Assembly (NCBI GenBank): GCA_949283145.1
Contig: CASDRL010000009.1
Span: 1,283-65,282 of the forward strand
Reading direction: 5' to 3'
DNA length: 64,000 nt
DNA from: an uncultured Clostridia bacterium
Lineage (GTDB): Bacteria; Bacillota; Clostridia; Christensenellales; CAG-917
The stretch's first letter is position 1, and every line of letters begins with the position of its first letter. The notes below the pieces were generated by a model, which saw nothing but the letters and a program-made list of their open reading frames with translations, was not told the origin of the DNA and did not search any database. The translations under genes and the position numbers were made by a program. This document shows positions 1 through 10,175 of the stretch, piece by piece.

Positions 1-39
1 GCAAAGCTGCTCACCCAGGTCAACTACTACCTCGGCTGA
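1..39 (+). CDS. 3' end of an upstream CDS (partial, function unknown)
   Basis: Open frame from the window edge (AKLLTQVNYYLG*) with TGA at 37-39. It is followed by the AAGGAGG RBS of the next gene. Too short to identify. Confidence 0.3.
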   Translation, partial: AKLLTQVNYYLG

Positions 40-61
40 CCTAATAAGGAGGAATTAAGTT

Positions 62-1351
62 ATGAAACTGCAATACGAACCCAAACAGATATACGACGTT
101 TCCAAGGGTCAGGCGCTCTTCAAGAAGGCGCTCAGCCTCGTCCCCGCAGGCATCTACGGTCACCTCGGTCCCTCCGAGGGCTGCATGATCCCCGTCAGTG
201 CTTATCCGCTCTTCATGTCCCGCGCGCAGGGCACCTACATCTGGGACCTCAACGGCAACCGCTACATCGACTATATGTGCGCCTACGGTCCCAACTTCCT
301 CGGCTACAACGATCCCGACGTTGACGCGGCGGCGATCGAGCAGCTCAAGAAGGGCAACTGCACCACCCTCATCGCGGAGTCCATGGTCGAGATGGCGGAA
401 GAGATGGTCAACACCATCAACATGGCGGACTGGGCATTCTTCGGCAAGAACGGCGGTGATATGACGGCGTTCGCGGTCATGATCGCGCGTGCCTACACCA
501 ACCGCAAGAAGATCGTCCTCGTCAGCGGCTACTATCACGGCGTCGCCCCCTGGATGCAGAAGCTCGGCTACTCCGGCGTCACCGAGGAAGACCTCGCAAA
601 CAACCTCTACATCGACTGGAACGCTCCCGATCAGTTCGAGAAACTCATCAAGAAGTATCCCGGTCAGATCGCGGGTCTCATCGCCACGCCTTACTATCAT
701 CCCACTTTCGTCGACAACCAGCTTCCCCCCGAGGGTTACTGGCAGAAGATGCGCAAGCTCTGCGACGACAACGGCATCGTCCTCATCTTCGACGACGTCC
801 GCGCCGGCTTCCGCATCGACGAGAAGGGCAGTGACTATCACTACGGCATCGAGGCGGACCTCTCCTGCTTCTGCAAAGCCATCGCAAACGGCTACAACAT
901 GTCCGCCATCTGCGGCAAAGAGAAGCTCAAGAACGCCACCGCCGACATCGCTTACACCGGCAGCTACTGGCTCTCCGCAGTCCCGCTCGCGGCAGGCGTC
1001 GCCACCCTCAGAAAGGCGAAAGCCATCCACGCCGTCGAGGAGAACGCCAAGAAGGGCATCAAGCTCACCGAAGGGCTCAAAGAAGTCGCTCGCGACAACG
1101 GTTTCGACCTCCGCGTGACCGGCGAACCCGCCATGTTCTATCTGCGTCTCGGCAACGACTTCCCCTCCACCATCCTGCATCAGGAGTGGGTCACCGAGTG
1201 CGTCAAGCGCGGCGTGTTCTTCACCTCGCACCACAACCACTTCATCAACTACGCCCTCTCCGACGAGGATATGCAATACACCTGGGAAGTTGCGGATGAG
1301 GCGTATAAGGTCGTGCGCGCGAAGCACCCGGATGCCAATTATATCAAGTAA
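62..1351 (+). CDS. Class-III PLP-dependent aminotransferase (glutamate-1-semialdehyde aminomutase-like)
   Basis: 429-aa ORF with an AAGGAGG RBS at 46-52. 'IFDDVRAGFR' matches the class-III DEVxTGFR box. 'CFCKAIANGYNMSA' matches the PLP-lysine region (cf. LGKxIGGG). Confidence 0.85.
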   Translation: MKLQYEPKQIYDVSKGQALFKKALSLVPAGIYGHLGPSEGCMIPVSAYPLFMSRAQGTYIWDLNGNRYIDYMCAYGPNFLGYNDPDVDAAAIEQLKKGNCTTLIAESMVEMAEEMVNTINMADWAFFGKNGGDMTAFAVMIARAYTNRKKIVLVSGYYHGVAPWMQKLGYSGVTEEDLANNLYIDWNAPDQFEKLIKKYPGQIAGLIATPYYHPTFVDNQLPPEGYWQKMRKLCDDNGIVLIFDDVRAGFRIDEKGSDYHYGIEADLSCFCKAIANGYNMSAICGKEKLKNATADIAYTGSYWLSAVPLAAGVATLRKAKAIHAVEENAKKGIKLTEGLKEVARDNGFDLRVTGEPAMFYLRLGNDFPSTILHQEWVTECVKRGVFFTSHHNHFINYALSDEDMQYTWEVADEAYKVVRAKHPDANYIK

Positions 1352-1375
1352 CCGTTCCTTTTAACGGAACCGACG

Positions 1376-1490
1376 CCGTCATTCGGCGACCTGCTTTGTC
1401 AAAGTCCTCTCGCCCTGCGAGTTACGTACGAAAAGTACGCGCCTCTTGTGTGAGAGGGCTTTTTCGCGCATCTCATCCGAATGACGGCGT
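1376..1490. repeat. Copy of a ~110-nt structured intergenic repeat family (other copies at 35117-35500)
   Basis: Outer stem cctctc/gagagg flanks the conserved core gttacgtacg-aaaa-gtacgcgcc. A 21-mer tttcgcgcatctcatccgaat (1462-1482) is identical to 35325-35345. Confidence 0.65.
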
Positions 1491-1557
1491 CGGACTCCGA
1501 AGAGGGAGTATCCAAATATCGCCCTCGGTCTTCGAACAGGTTAGAAAAAGCGTCCCC

Positions 1558-2156
1558 GAGCACGTTGTTTCTCTTTCGAAGACGGTCTAACGAAAACTCC
1601 GAGCGAGCGTTGCTTGACACGACGCTCACTTATTCGGAGTGGAGCCGCTCACCAAGCGCTCACAGGCGGTGCAACCGCCTCTTGAGCGCCGCGGCGACCG
1701 GGTGAGTGCCGAGGGCTGGACGGTAGTGCGTCGGCAATGCGCCATCTGATCGCTTAGCGGGCGCATTGCAAGCGGCATAACATGGCGGCGCCGTGAAGGC
1801 GCCGTCCTCGGACGCCCTCATGCCCGAGCGCCGAAGGTGCCCCCTAAAACCGTGGGGCCCCTTCGGGGGGAATGGTTTTTGGGGGAACCCGTAGGAGGGG
1901 GCTTGATCTTACTCCTATGTCAGGGGACGGTAGCCCGTTTCAAACACGGGGGAGGAAAGCCCGAAGGGAAGGAGGGGGAATTCTAACTCACCCTCGAGAC
2001 GAGAAGCCTATTCGGAGCGTGCTTGAACACGACGAACACTCCGAGAGAGTGTTATTCGGTGCCCGCCGCAAAGCGGCGCACGGCGACGAACATGCGCGGA
2101 TTGCGATGAGGCTGAGCGGCGCGTGAGACCGTCCCCGAAAGAGAAACATCGTGCTC
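1558..2156. repeat. Pair of 30-bp imperfect inverted repeats bracketing 539 bp of non-coding DNA (MITE-like)
   Basis: 1558-1587 is gagcacgttgtttctctttcgaagacggtc. The reverse complement of 2127-2156 is gagcacgatgtttctctttcggggacggtc. That is 27/30 identical by manual alignment. Confidence 0.6.
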
Positions 2157-2578
2157 AAAGACACTCTATCAAGCTGTCCGTTAATACGCTCGAAACAGGA
2201 ACGCATTGGGACACAAGGGGACGGGGTTGAGCTTCTTGCAAGCGAAAATGTTCAAACGCGAACAAAAGTGTTTGCGTTTGAACATTTCTGCCCCGTCCCC
2301 GTTGTCCCGGAGTTTTATATCTTTCCGAATAGGATAACATCGGGTCAGGATACTCTCGCTCGGAGGTTTTGTTAGACCAGCTGCAAAATAGAACCGTCGT
2401 ACTTAAAAACGCCCGTGCAAACTGTTCGTCGTGCTCGGGGGTGTTTGCCCCATGCTTTATAAAAATGCGCCGAGAGGTGCGGGCGAAGCCGCAACGCTCG
2501 GCGCGATATCATATAAAAGCACGGGGTCGAGGGGCATAATGCCCCTCGCGGGGTGCAGGGGCAGCGCCCATGCAGGGG

Positions 2579-4024
2579 TCAAGGGGTGGAGCTCCCTTGC
2601 AGCGCCAGCGCAAGATCTGCGGGGGAGGCGACGGTGAAGGCGCAGGAGGTGTAGTAGTCGGCGAGGGCTTCCGAGAGGGCGGCGTCTCCCATCGAGACGC
2701 GTAGGGCGTGGAAGAAAAGCATCCCTTTGCAGTAGGCGACGGCGGTGTATTCGCCCGCGGTGAGGAAGGAGGAGAGGGGGCGATCGAGGGTGTCGTCAAA
2801 GCCGATCTCCGCGGGGAGAGAGGTGTAGCGCGCGAGGTATGCGCGGGCGTCGGAGACCGCGGCGTCATAGGCGGCGGCGTCTCCCGTGAGCAGGAAATAC
2901 CAGGCGGCGGAGAATTCCGTGAGACCTTCGTCCTGCCAGGGGTGAAGGATCTGATCCGACCCGACTACGCCGAACCACCATTGATGCGCCGTTTCGTGCA
3001 CGACGGTGAAGCGGAACGTCTCGCGGTCGCGCACGTCGGCACCGACGGCGGCAAGCGCGCCGTACTCCATCCCCGCCGCGCCGATGTGGGTCTGCACGAG
3101 GGTGAACGAGGGGTAGGGGTATGCGCCGAAGAGCTCCGAGAATGTTTCGATCGCGCTGACGGCGAGCCGCACCGTTCCGGACGGATCGGGGTCGTCGAAA
3201 TAGCGGTAATCAACCGCGACCCTGCCGTCGCCCGCGTCCGCAAAGGCGCTCACTTTTTTGAAGTCGGGGGAGAGGAAGAGGGCAAAGTCGCGCACGTTTT
3301 CCGCGGATATCTTCGTCACGCGCCTTTCGCCGAGCAGCGTCGAGGAGAGGATCCCGCCGCTTGCGGCGGCAGTAAATCGCTCCGGGGCGGTGACGGTGAC
3401 GTAAAAGGAAGATATGTCGGAAAGGAAGGGATCGCCGAACGGAGAGTATGCGTCCGTGCGCCACGCGCCGTCCTGTCTGAAACAGAGTGAAGGATAAAAC
3501 GCCGTGAGGTTGACTGCCGATTCGCTCACGCCGAAACGGGCGTTGCATTCCGGCAGGGTGATCTCGGATTCTATGCGCAGCCGCACCGTCTCGCCCGCCG
3601 AGGCGACGCAGTTGACGATCAGGATGCCGCCGTCCTCGGAAATGTCAAAATCCGCCGTTTTTCCGTCTTTTTCGACACTTAAAACGGCGATGCCGCCAAA
3701 ACTCTCTCCGTTGTAGAACACGGCGTCCCGCTCTTCTTCGGCGCACGGCGGGGTGGCGGAGCCTTCTGAAAAGGCGTTGGGATAGAGGTGAAGGCGAATG
3801 TCGGCGAGGGCTTCCGAGGGGGTGAAAACGAGCTCTTCGGAGAGGGCGACGGTGCGCTCTCCGTCGTAGTTCAGGTCAAGGTCATAGACGGGGACGGGAA
3901 GGTCGGGAGAGGGGAGAGACGATGCGTCCGAGCAGGCGGCGAGCATCGCTCCCGCCGCGGCGATCAGCAGGAGGCAGACCGCGGCAAGGAAACAGCGGCG
4001 GAGAGAGGAGCGTTCTGCCGTCAT
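2579..4024 (-). CDS. M1-family zinc metallopeptidase, lipoprotein
   Basis: 481 aa. Lipobox 'GAMLAACSD'. GxMEN-like 'GAAGMEYG'. 'HETAHQWWFGVVGSDQILHPWQDEGLTEF' matches HExxH-x18-E. ATGA overlap with the upstream gene. Confidence 0.85.
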   Translation of the reverse strand: MTAERSSLRRCFLAAVCLLLIAAAGAMLAACSDASSLPSPDLPVPVYDLDLNYDGERTVALSEELVFTPSEALADIRLHLYPNAFSEGSATPPCAEEERDAVFYNGESFGGIAVLSVEKDGKTADFDISEDGGILIVNCVASAGETVRLRIESEITLPECNARFGVSESAVNLTAFYPSLCFRQDGAWRTDAYSPFGDPFLSDISSFYVTVTAPERFTAAASGGILSSTLLGERRVTKISAENVRDFALFLSPDFKKVSAFADAGDGRVAVDYRYFDDPDPSGTVRLAVSAIETFSELFGAYPYPSFTLVQTHIGAAGMEYGALAAVGADVRDRETFRFTVVHETAHQWWFGVVGSDQILHPWQDEGLTEFSAAWYFLLTGDAAAYDAAVSDARAYLARYTSLPAEIGFDDTLDRPLSSFLTAGEYTAVAYCKGMLFFHALRVSMGDAALSEALADYYTSCAFTVASPADLALALQGSSTP

Positions 4025-4782
4025 TTGGAAGACAGGGTGAGATCCATCAGTTTACCCTGTCTGCGCGCGAGCTCGACGAGTTCCGCCGTGATGTGTTCCC
4101 CGCGTTTTGCGAGGGTCTCGCCGGAGTAGGCGACAAGATCGTCCGAAAGCGTGCGGCCGAGCAGAAAGTTGTAGTCCGCGATGACTCTGTACGGGGTGAA
4201 TTCTTCCTCTCCGCGCACCGCGACGGACGGCGCCGCAAGAGGCACGGAGACCTCGGGTTCGGCTTCCGCGGGCCGGATGTCGGCGGAAGGGGCAAGCGCG
4301 CGGACGGGATAATCCGTCTTCGCTTTCGGAAAAGAGGGGCGCTTGTTCCGTTTGCGCTTCTGAGCGCCCTCTTTCAGCACGAGGATGTCGCCGAATGCGC
4401 GGAAGGCGGAGGGGACAAATTCCGCTTCATCCGTCACGATCGCGTTCACTTTGCCGCCGCCCGAAAAGATGACGTCGCGCACCTCGCCGCGCCGGCTGCC
4501 GCCGGAGGTATACACCCTTTTCCCGATGAGAGAGGGAACGAGAGGGGAAAGATCGACGTCCCCGAGTGCGGTGAACGGAAGGGCGTCTTCGGTGACGACG
4601 GCATCGCGGACGGCGTACGCATCCGACGGCGAGAGCAGAAGTTCCCCGTCTTCGCCGCCGAGTACAAAATATACAATTTTTCGGCAATTTCCGTCAAAAT
4701 ATACATCGCTCACCGCGCCCGCGAAGGAGCCGTCCGAGCGGGAGAATACATCTGCGCCGAGGAGCATGGAAAGCTTTGGCAT
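4021..4782 (-). CDS. PRC-barrel domain protein (two PRC-like repeats plus a conserved C-terminal helical module)
   Basis: 253 aa with a GGAGGTG RBS. 'LLGADVFSRSDGSFAGAVSDVYFD' and 'LIGKRVYTSGGSRRGEVRDVIF' look like PRC-barrel N-termini. Assigned by pattern only. Confidence 0.5.
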   Translation of the reverse strand: MPKLSMLLGADVFSRSDGSFAGAVSDVYFDGNCRKIVYFVLGGEDGELLLSPSDAYAVRDAVVTEDALPFTALGDVDLSPLVPSLIGKRVYTSGGSRRGEVRDVIFSGGGKVNAIVTDEAEFVPSAFRAFGDILVLKEGAQKRKRNKRPSFPKAKTDYPVRALAPSADIRPAEAEPEVSVPLAAPSVAVRGEEEFTPYRVIADYNFLLGRTLSDDLVAYSGETLAKRGEHITAELVELARRQGKLMDLTLSSK

Positions 4783-5039
4783 AGTTCACCTCCGCAACAG
4801 ATTATTCGCGGTTTGCCACGCTTATTCCGAAAACGTACCGAAAGTGCGCGTTTTCGACGCCAAAAGCATATATTATGCGCCCCTATCCGTATCACGGCGC
4901 AAGCTTTTATGACGCGCAAACGGGAGTTATTCACCGATTTGTCCACAATTTCACGCCCAATTGTGAATAACTCTGTGGACAAAGGCGTATTTTTATACCT
5001 CCGCGAATAAATTCAAAATTGAAACGATATGCATAAAAT

Positions 5040-5741
5040 ATGGTGCGGAAAGGACATGCGTTAAAGGTCGTTGCGGCGTTACTGGCGGCGGCAGCATTCG
5101 CCGCGGCGGCGGTCGCGCTGCCCGTTGCCGTCTCGGCGCAGGCGGACGGCGGTGCGGTCATCGTGGTGGACGCGGGGCACGGCGGTGCGGACGGCGGGGT
5201 GACGGGCGTGAACACCGGCGTGAAGGAGAGCGATCTCAACCTGGAGATGAGCAGGCTCATCGGCGGCTGCCTGGAAAGCGCGGGCTTCGAGGTGGTCTAT
5301 ACGCGCACCGGAAAAGACGGGCTATATTTTGAAAGCGACCGCGACAAAAAGAGCGCGGATATGCACCGCCGCGCGGAGATCATCCGCCAAAACGCACCTT
5401 CTGCGGTGCTGAGCATACATATGAACACCTTTTTCGACCGCGGCAGACGGGGAGCGCAGGTATTTTTCGACGGCGGATCGACGGAGGGGCAGGCGCTTGC
5501 CGAGAGGATACAGAGCCGCCTGAACGAGCAGTTCAATCTGCCGGACGCGGGGAGGGAGTTCGCGGCGCTTGCCGCGGACAAATTCATTCTGAAGCAGACA
5601 GAGGCGCCTTCCGTCATCGTGGAATGCGGCTTTTTGTCCAACCCCGTTGACGAGGCGAATCTGCTCGATCCCGATTATGCCGCGCGATTTGCCGCGGCGG
5701 TGAGTTCTGCTGTTGCGGAGATGCTGAGGGCGGGCGGCTGA
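5040..5741 (+). CDS. cwlD: N-acetylmuramoyl-L-alanine amidase (Amidase_3), CwlD-like
   Basis: 233 aa with a signal/anchor segment. 'VVDAGHGGADGG', 'ESDLNLEMS', 'SIHMN' and 'ECGFLSNPVDEANL' are the Amidase_3 blocks. Size and architecture fit germination-specific CwlD. Confidence 0.8.
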   Translation: MVRKGHALKVVAALLAAAAFAAAAVALPVAVSAQADGGAVIVVDAGHGGADGGVTGVNTGVKESDLNLEMSRLIGGCLESAGFEVVYTRTGKDGLYFESDRDKKSADMHRRAEIIRQNAPSAVLSIHMNTFFDRGRRGAQVFFDGGSTEGQALAERIQSRLNEQFNLPDAGREFAALAADKFILKQTEAPSVIVECGFLSNPVDEANLLDPDYAARFAAAVSSAVAEMLRAGG

Positions 5742-5838
5742 AGCCTGCGGCGGCATCGGGAGCAGATGGTGCTGGGACATCTGCGTCCGGAAGGGAGCGG
5801 GGCGTTCTTTCATCACGGGTTCCGTTTTGCGGTTTTTG

Positions 5839-5867
5839 TTGATTTTAATGTAGGTATAATGTATAAT
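5839..5867 (+). promoter_or_regulatory. Sigma-A-type promoter upstream of radC/gltX
   Basis: TTGATT (5839-5844), a 17-nt spacer, then TATAAT (5862-5867), about 45 nt upstream of the radC ATG. Confidence 0.45.
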
Positions 5868-5911
5868 TTTGTAAACTACTAAGAGGAAATGGGAGCGCGT
5901 GCGCGTTTTCT

Positions 5912-6607
5912 ATGGGAACACACGACGGGCACAGAACGAGGATGAGGGAGAAGATCGAGTCGGCAGGGACTCTTTCTCTTCACGATCACGAAATGCTGGA
6001 GTATATCCTGTTTTCTTTCGTACCCAGGCGCAACACGAACGAGATCGCGCATGCGCTGATGAACAAGTTCGGTTCGTTTGCCGATGTGCTCAATGCGGAC
6101 GCCGCCGAGCTGAAAGAAGTGCCCGGCATGACCGCGAATGCGGCTCTCTTCCTGTCCGTGCTGCCGGAGATATTCCGTCGCTATGCGGTGAGCGTGGCGA
6201 AGAAGCGCCCCGTGCTTTCGGGGAAACGCGCCGTCCGCGACTATCTTGCGGGAGAGATGTTCGGCATGCCCGTAGAGGCGGTATGCGCCGTGGCGCTGGA
6301 CGCGCAGGACGGGCTCATCAAGTTCGAAAAACTTGCGACGGGGACGGGCAACAGCGTGGGCGTATCGCCGCGGGATGTGGTGCGGTTCGCACTGCAAAAC
6401 GAGGCGGTATCCGTAGTGCTTGCGCACAATCATCCCAGCGGGAACGCGCGCCCGTCGCAGAATGACTACGATATGACGTGCGAGATCGCTTCCGTACTTG
6501 CCGGCATCTCCGTGCGGCTTGCGGACCATATCATCTACACAGACACCGATAGCTACTCTTTTGAAGAGAACGGCTTGCTCGGCGGCACGCCGAAACAGGA
6601 GTTTTGA
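5912..6607 (+). CDS. radC: RadC-like JAB-domain protein (UPF0758)
   Basis: 231 aa. N-terminus 'GHRTRMREK...LSLHDHEMLEYILF...RRNTNEIAHALMNKFGSFADVLNA'. JAMM-like 'LAHNHPSGNARPSQNDYDMT'. Confidence 0.9.
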   Translation: MGTHDGHRTRMREKIESAGTLSLHDHEMLEYILFSFVPRRNTNEIAHALMNKFGSFADVLNADAAELKEVPGMTANAALFLSVLPEIFRRYAVSVAKKRPVLSGKRAVRDYLAGEMFGMPVEAVCAVALDAQDGLIKFEKLATGTGNSVGVSPRDVVRFALQNEAVSVVLAHNHPSGNARPSQNDYDMTCEIASVLAGISVRLADHIIYTDTDSYSFEENGLLGGTPKQEF

Positions 6608-8052
6608 TGGAAAAAACGGTAAGAACGAGGTTTGCCCCTTCCCCGACGGGATTTATGCACATAGGCAACCTGCGCACAGGGCTTTATGCCTATCTTTACG
6701 CCCGTCACAACGGCGGGAAATTCATCCTGCGCATCGAGGACACCGACCGCGAGCGCATGGTCGAGGGCGCGGAACAGATGGTCTACCGCACACTTGCGGC
6801 GGCGGGCATCGACTATGACGAAGGTCCCGACCGTGACGGCGGCGTCGGACCGTATGTGCAGAGCGAGAGGGCGGGCATCTACCGCGAGTATGCCGAAAAG
6901 CTGGTGGAGCTCGGCGGCGCTTATTATTGTTTCTGCACCAAAGAAAGACTTGAGAGCCTGTACGGCGAGAACGGCACCCACACCTACGACCGCCATTGCC
7001 GCGATCTTTCCCCCGACGAGGTGAAGGCGCGCATTGCCGCGGGCGAGCCCTACGTCATCAGGCAGAAAGTGCCGGACGGAGTGGTCTCATCCTACCGCGA
7101 CATGGTCTTCGGCGAGATCTCCGTCTCGGCAGAGGACATCGAGGACGGCGTGCTGCTCAAATCCGACGGCATGCCCACCTACAACTTTGCCAACGTCGTG
7201 GACGACCACCTCATGGGCATCACCCACGTCATCCGCGGCACGGAGTATCTGAGCTCCACCCCCAAATATAACCTCATCTACGACGCGTTCGGTTGGGAGC
7301 GCCCGCAATATATGCACCTGCCCCCCATCATGAAGGACGCGACGCGCAAGCTCTCCAAGCGCTACGGCGACGCCAATTTCGAGGATTTCATCGCGAAAGG
7401 CTATCTCCCCGCCGCGGTCGTAAATTATGTCGCGCTTCTCGGGTGGTGCCCCAAGAACAACGCGGAGAAGATGACCATGGAGGAGATGATCGAGCTCTTC
7501 GACGTGGACGGCATCTCGGTGTCGGGCTCCATCTTCGACGAGGCCAAGATGCGCTGGCTGAACGGCGAATATCTGAAAGCGATGACGGAGGAAGAGTTCT
7601 TCGCCGCGGCGGAGCCGTGGATAGAAAAGAGCAAAGCGGCGCGCTTTGACAGAAGAGAGATCGCAAGGCTCATGCAGACGAGAGTGGACGTGCTCGGGGA
7701 GATCCCGGAGAAGGTAGATTTTTTGGACGAGTTCGGCGCCTACGACCTCGGGATGTATGAGCACAAAAAGATGAAAATGGACGTTGAAGTGGCGAAACGT
7801 GCCGTTGAAGTGTCGATAAGCGCGGTAGAGCTCCTCCAAACGTGGACGGAAGAGAGCATCAAAGAAGCCGTGGTGAAGGCTGCGGAAGAGGCGGGCATGA
7901 AGAGCGGACAGGTGATGTTCGGCATGCGCGTCGCACTCACAGGACAGCCCTCGACCCCGGGCGGAGCCATAGAGATGGCGGTGGTGCTCGGCAAGGAAGA
8001 GAGCATGAAGAGACTGCGTTTTTCCCAAGGTCTGCTGAGGGAGAACGGCTGA
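6607..8052 (+). CDS. gltX: Glutamate--tRNA ligase
   Basis: 'RFAPSPTGFMHIGNLRT' is the HIGH region and 'KLSKRYG' the KMSKS region. TGATG overlap with radC. The track ORF starts at TTG 6604, but ATG 6607 is preferred. Confidence 0.95.
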   Translation: MEKTVRTRFAPSPTGFMHIGNLRTGLYAYLYARHNGGKFILRIEDTDRERMVEGAEQMVYRTLAAAGIDYDEGPDRDGGVGPYVQSERAGIYREYAEKLVELGGAYYCFCTKERLESLYGENGTHTYDRHCRDLSPDEVKARIAAGEPYVIRQKVPDGVVSSYRDMVFGEISVSAEDIEDGVLLKSDGMPTYNFANVVDDHLMGITHVIRGTEYLSSTPKYNLIYDAFGWERPQYMHLPPIMKDATRKLSKRYGDANFEDFIAKGYLPAAVVNYVALLGWCPKNNAEKMTMEEMIELFDVDGISVSGSIFDEAKMRWLNGEYLKAMTEEEFFAAAEPWIEKSKAARFDRREIARLMQTRVDVLGEIPEKVDFLDEFGAYDLGMYEHKKMKMDVEVAKRAVEVSISAVELLQTWTEESIKEAVVKAAEEAGMKSGQVMFGMRVALTGQPSTPGGAIEMAVVLGKEESMKRLRFSQGLLRENG

Positions 8053-8091
8053 GAAAAGCAAGGGCGCGGAAGCGCCGTCAAAGGGGAAGTA

Positions 8092-10137
8092 ATGATGACA
8101 TTCGGGAAGAGGACCGAAAAGATATTGGCTATTGCGGTCGTATGCGCGCTGATCGCGGCGGCATTTTTGGCGTTCGGCTTTGCCGGGAACGGCATCGCAG
8201 CGGCGGAGAGCGGTGCGGGCGCGGACGCGGTGACCGCGGGCGTTTACGGCAACATAGATACCGATTCCGACCTGTGGTATTTTGACGGGGATCAGCTCGA
8301 TCTCGCTTCGTTGCGGGCTTACGTGGCGTCGGAGATCCTGCCCGTGCTGCGGGCAAACGACGTCGATCCCGTGGTCATCGCCGTGGTGGATACGGGGCTG
8401 GACAGAGAGAACTCCGTCTTTGCGGGCAGCGATACGCACGAAGAGCTGTTGCTGCGCGACAAAGACATGAATCTGCTCGGCTACAACTCATTCTATGCCG
8501 CGGAAGGCGGCGGCGACGTCGGAGATTTTGACGACGAGTCGGAAAAGAAGCACGGCACCGCAGTTTCCAGCATCCTTGCGGTGCTCATCCGCGAGACGGG
8601 GCTTTCGGAATACATCAAGATCTATCCCATCAAGGCGTCCTATCCCGCGGAGTATGTCGAAGAGCAGAAGAAAGACAACATCACCACCAACCATTTCAGC
8701 ATAGAGGCGATCCGTCTCGGCATCGAGTATGCCGTGAGCGACGCGGTGGGCGCGGAGGTGATCAACCTCTCACTGTGTTCGACCGAAGACAGCGAAACGA
8801 GCTGGCGCACGGACACGGAGATGATCGCAGCCGTATCCGAAGCGGTCAAGACCGCGACGGTCGTGGCGGCGGCGGGCAACGAGAGCACGGCTAGCACCGC
8901 GCACTATTATTATCCCGCGGCATACAACGACGTCGTCGGAGTCATGGGCTACGGGGACGGCAACACTCCCACACAAAAGACCAATTACGGCAGCGCATAC
9001 GACATTTTCGCGCCCGGGAGCGGCGTGATGGTCAGCACGGAGAGCGGCGTCTTCCGCACGAGCGGCGAGGATACTTCGGGCACGAGCATGTCCGCGCCCT
9101 TCGTTTCGTTCGCGGCGGCGCTGTTCAGGCTGGCGATCACGGCGGAGGATCTTGCCGGCGACTTCGAGGTCCCGCGCAACAGCGTCATCAACCGCACGAT
9201 CGCCACTCTCGCGGACGGCGACGAGACGATCACGGCGAAAGACGGCGCGAGCTATAAGAAACTCGACATCCGCAAACTCATCAAAGACGACATCCGCAAT
9301 ATAGATTACGGCTGGCTTGCGCCTACGGGGCTGAGCCTCGCCGCAGTCAGGAACGGGAATACGCTTTCGGACGGCGCCGCGGTCACGGTGCAGACGCTGC
9401 GCGAGACGGGCGCGGGCAGATCTTTGGTGGGGTTCACGGCGTCGGTGTTGCCCGCAGACGACACCGATCCCGCACTTGCGGCAGGGATAGAATGGTCGCT
9501 TGTCGAGTATGACGACGAGGGCGCAGAAGTGTCTGCGACGCCGATCGGCAGCGGCGGCAGTGCGGAGCATCTTTTTGACCGCGCGGGCACATTCGGCGTG
9601 CGCGCGACGCTGACGGTGGGTGAGGGCGTCTCCGCGCAGACTTTCACGGAGGAGTTCGGGCTGGTCGTGAGCCATCCGCAATGGAGCGGCAGCAACGCGC
9701 ATATCGTGCCCGATGAATTCATCTCATCGGATGTATATCTGCGCGACGCCGACGGAGCGATCCCTTCTTCCGCAGTGCTTTACGGCAGCGGGGAGAGCAT
9801 GACCCTCACCATAACCACGATAGAGGACATGGATTATACGTCCGTCAGCTGGTATGTCAACGGCACCATCGCGGGCAAGGGCGCGAAGTTCGAGTTCAGC
9901 CCGGAGGGGATGCCCGGCAAGGATTACGAGATCACGGCGGCGGTCGACTTCGGCGACGGGAAGACAGCCCGTCTTGCGGCATTCGAAGTGCAGCACAAGT
10001 CGTGGGCGGCGCACCCGCTGTTCGCCATCCTCTGGACGGCGCTGGGCGTTGGCGTCATCGTGGGCGGAGTGATGCTCGCCCTGCACCTGAAAAAGCGCAA
10101 AGCCGCCGCCGCGGAGACCGCGTCGGACGACAAGTAA
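8092..10137 (+). CDS. S8 (subtilisin-like) serine peptidase with signal peptide and C-terminal TM anchor
   Basis: 681 aa. Catalytic triad contexts are 'AVVDTGLD', 'HGTAVSSIL' and 'GTSMSAPFVS'. C-terminal hydrophobic 'LFAILWTALGVGVIVGGVMLAL' is followed by 'HLKKRK'. Confidence 0.9.
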   Translation: MMTFGKRTEKILAIAVVCALIAAAFLAFGFAGNGIAAAESGAGADAVTAGVYGNIDTDSDLWYFDGDQLDLASLRAYVASEILPVLRANDVDPVVIAVVDTGLDRENSVFAGSDTHEELLLRDKDMNLLGYNSFYAAEGGGDVGDFDDESEKKHGTAVSSILAVLIRETGLSEYIKIYPIKASYPAEYVEEQKKDNITTNHFSIEAIRLGIEYAVSDAVGAEVINLSLCSTEDSETSWRTDTEMIAAVSEAVKTATVVAAAGNESTASTAHYYYPAAYNDVVGVMGYGDGNTPTQKTNYGSAYDIFAPGSGVMVSTESGVFRTSGEDTSGTSMSAPFVSFAAALFRLAITAEDLAGDFEVPRNSVINRTIATLADGDETITAKDGASYKKLDIRKLIKDDIRNIDYGWLAPTGLSLAAVRNGNTLSDGAAVTVQTLRETGAGRSLVGFTASVLPADDTDPALAAGIEWSLVEYDDEGAEVSATPIGSGGSAEHLFDRAGTFGVRATLTVGEGVSAQTFTEEFGLVVSHPQWSGSNAHIVPDEFISSDVYLRDADGAIPSSAVLYGSGESMTLTITTIEDMDYTSVSWYVNGTIAGKGAKFEFSPEGMPGKDYEITAAVDFGDGKTARLAAFEVQHKSWAAHPLFAILWTALGVGVIVGGVMLALHLKKRKAAAAETASDDK

Positions 10138-10175
10138 TGACAGAACGAGCACTTTAACTACACAAAACGACAAGA

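Noticed and set aside
41-1327. 428-aa minus-strand ORF overlapping the aminotransferase gene, along with many 60-260-aa overlapping ORFs throughout the track.
   Set aside because: Same GC-driven artefact. The plus-strand product has clear class-III aminotransferase motifs and an AAGGAGG RBS.
1934-1950. tRNA T-arm-like element cccgt-ttcaaac-acggg in the non-coding region.
   Set aside because: No matching acceptor stem, D-arm or anticodon arm could be built from the flanking sequence. It is probably a chance hairpin within the repeat-rich region.
5889-5945. 18-codon upstream ORF (MGARARFLWEHTTGTERG*) overlapping the radC start, next to a GAGG motif.
   Set aside because: The GAGG is only 2 nt from the ATG, which is poor spacing. 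The peptide has no recognisable leader-peptide features. There is no evidence beyond an open frame.
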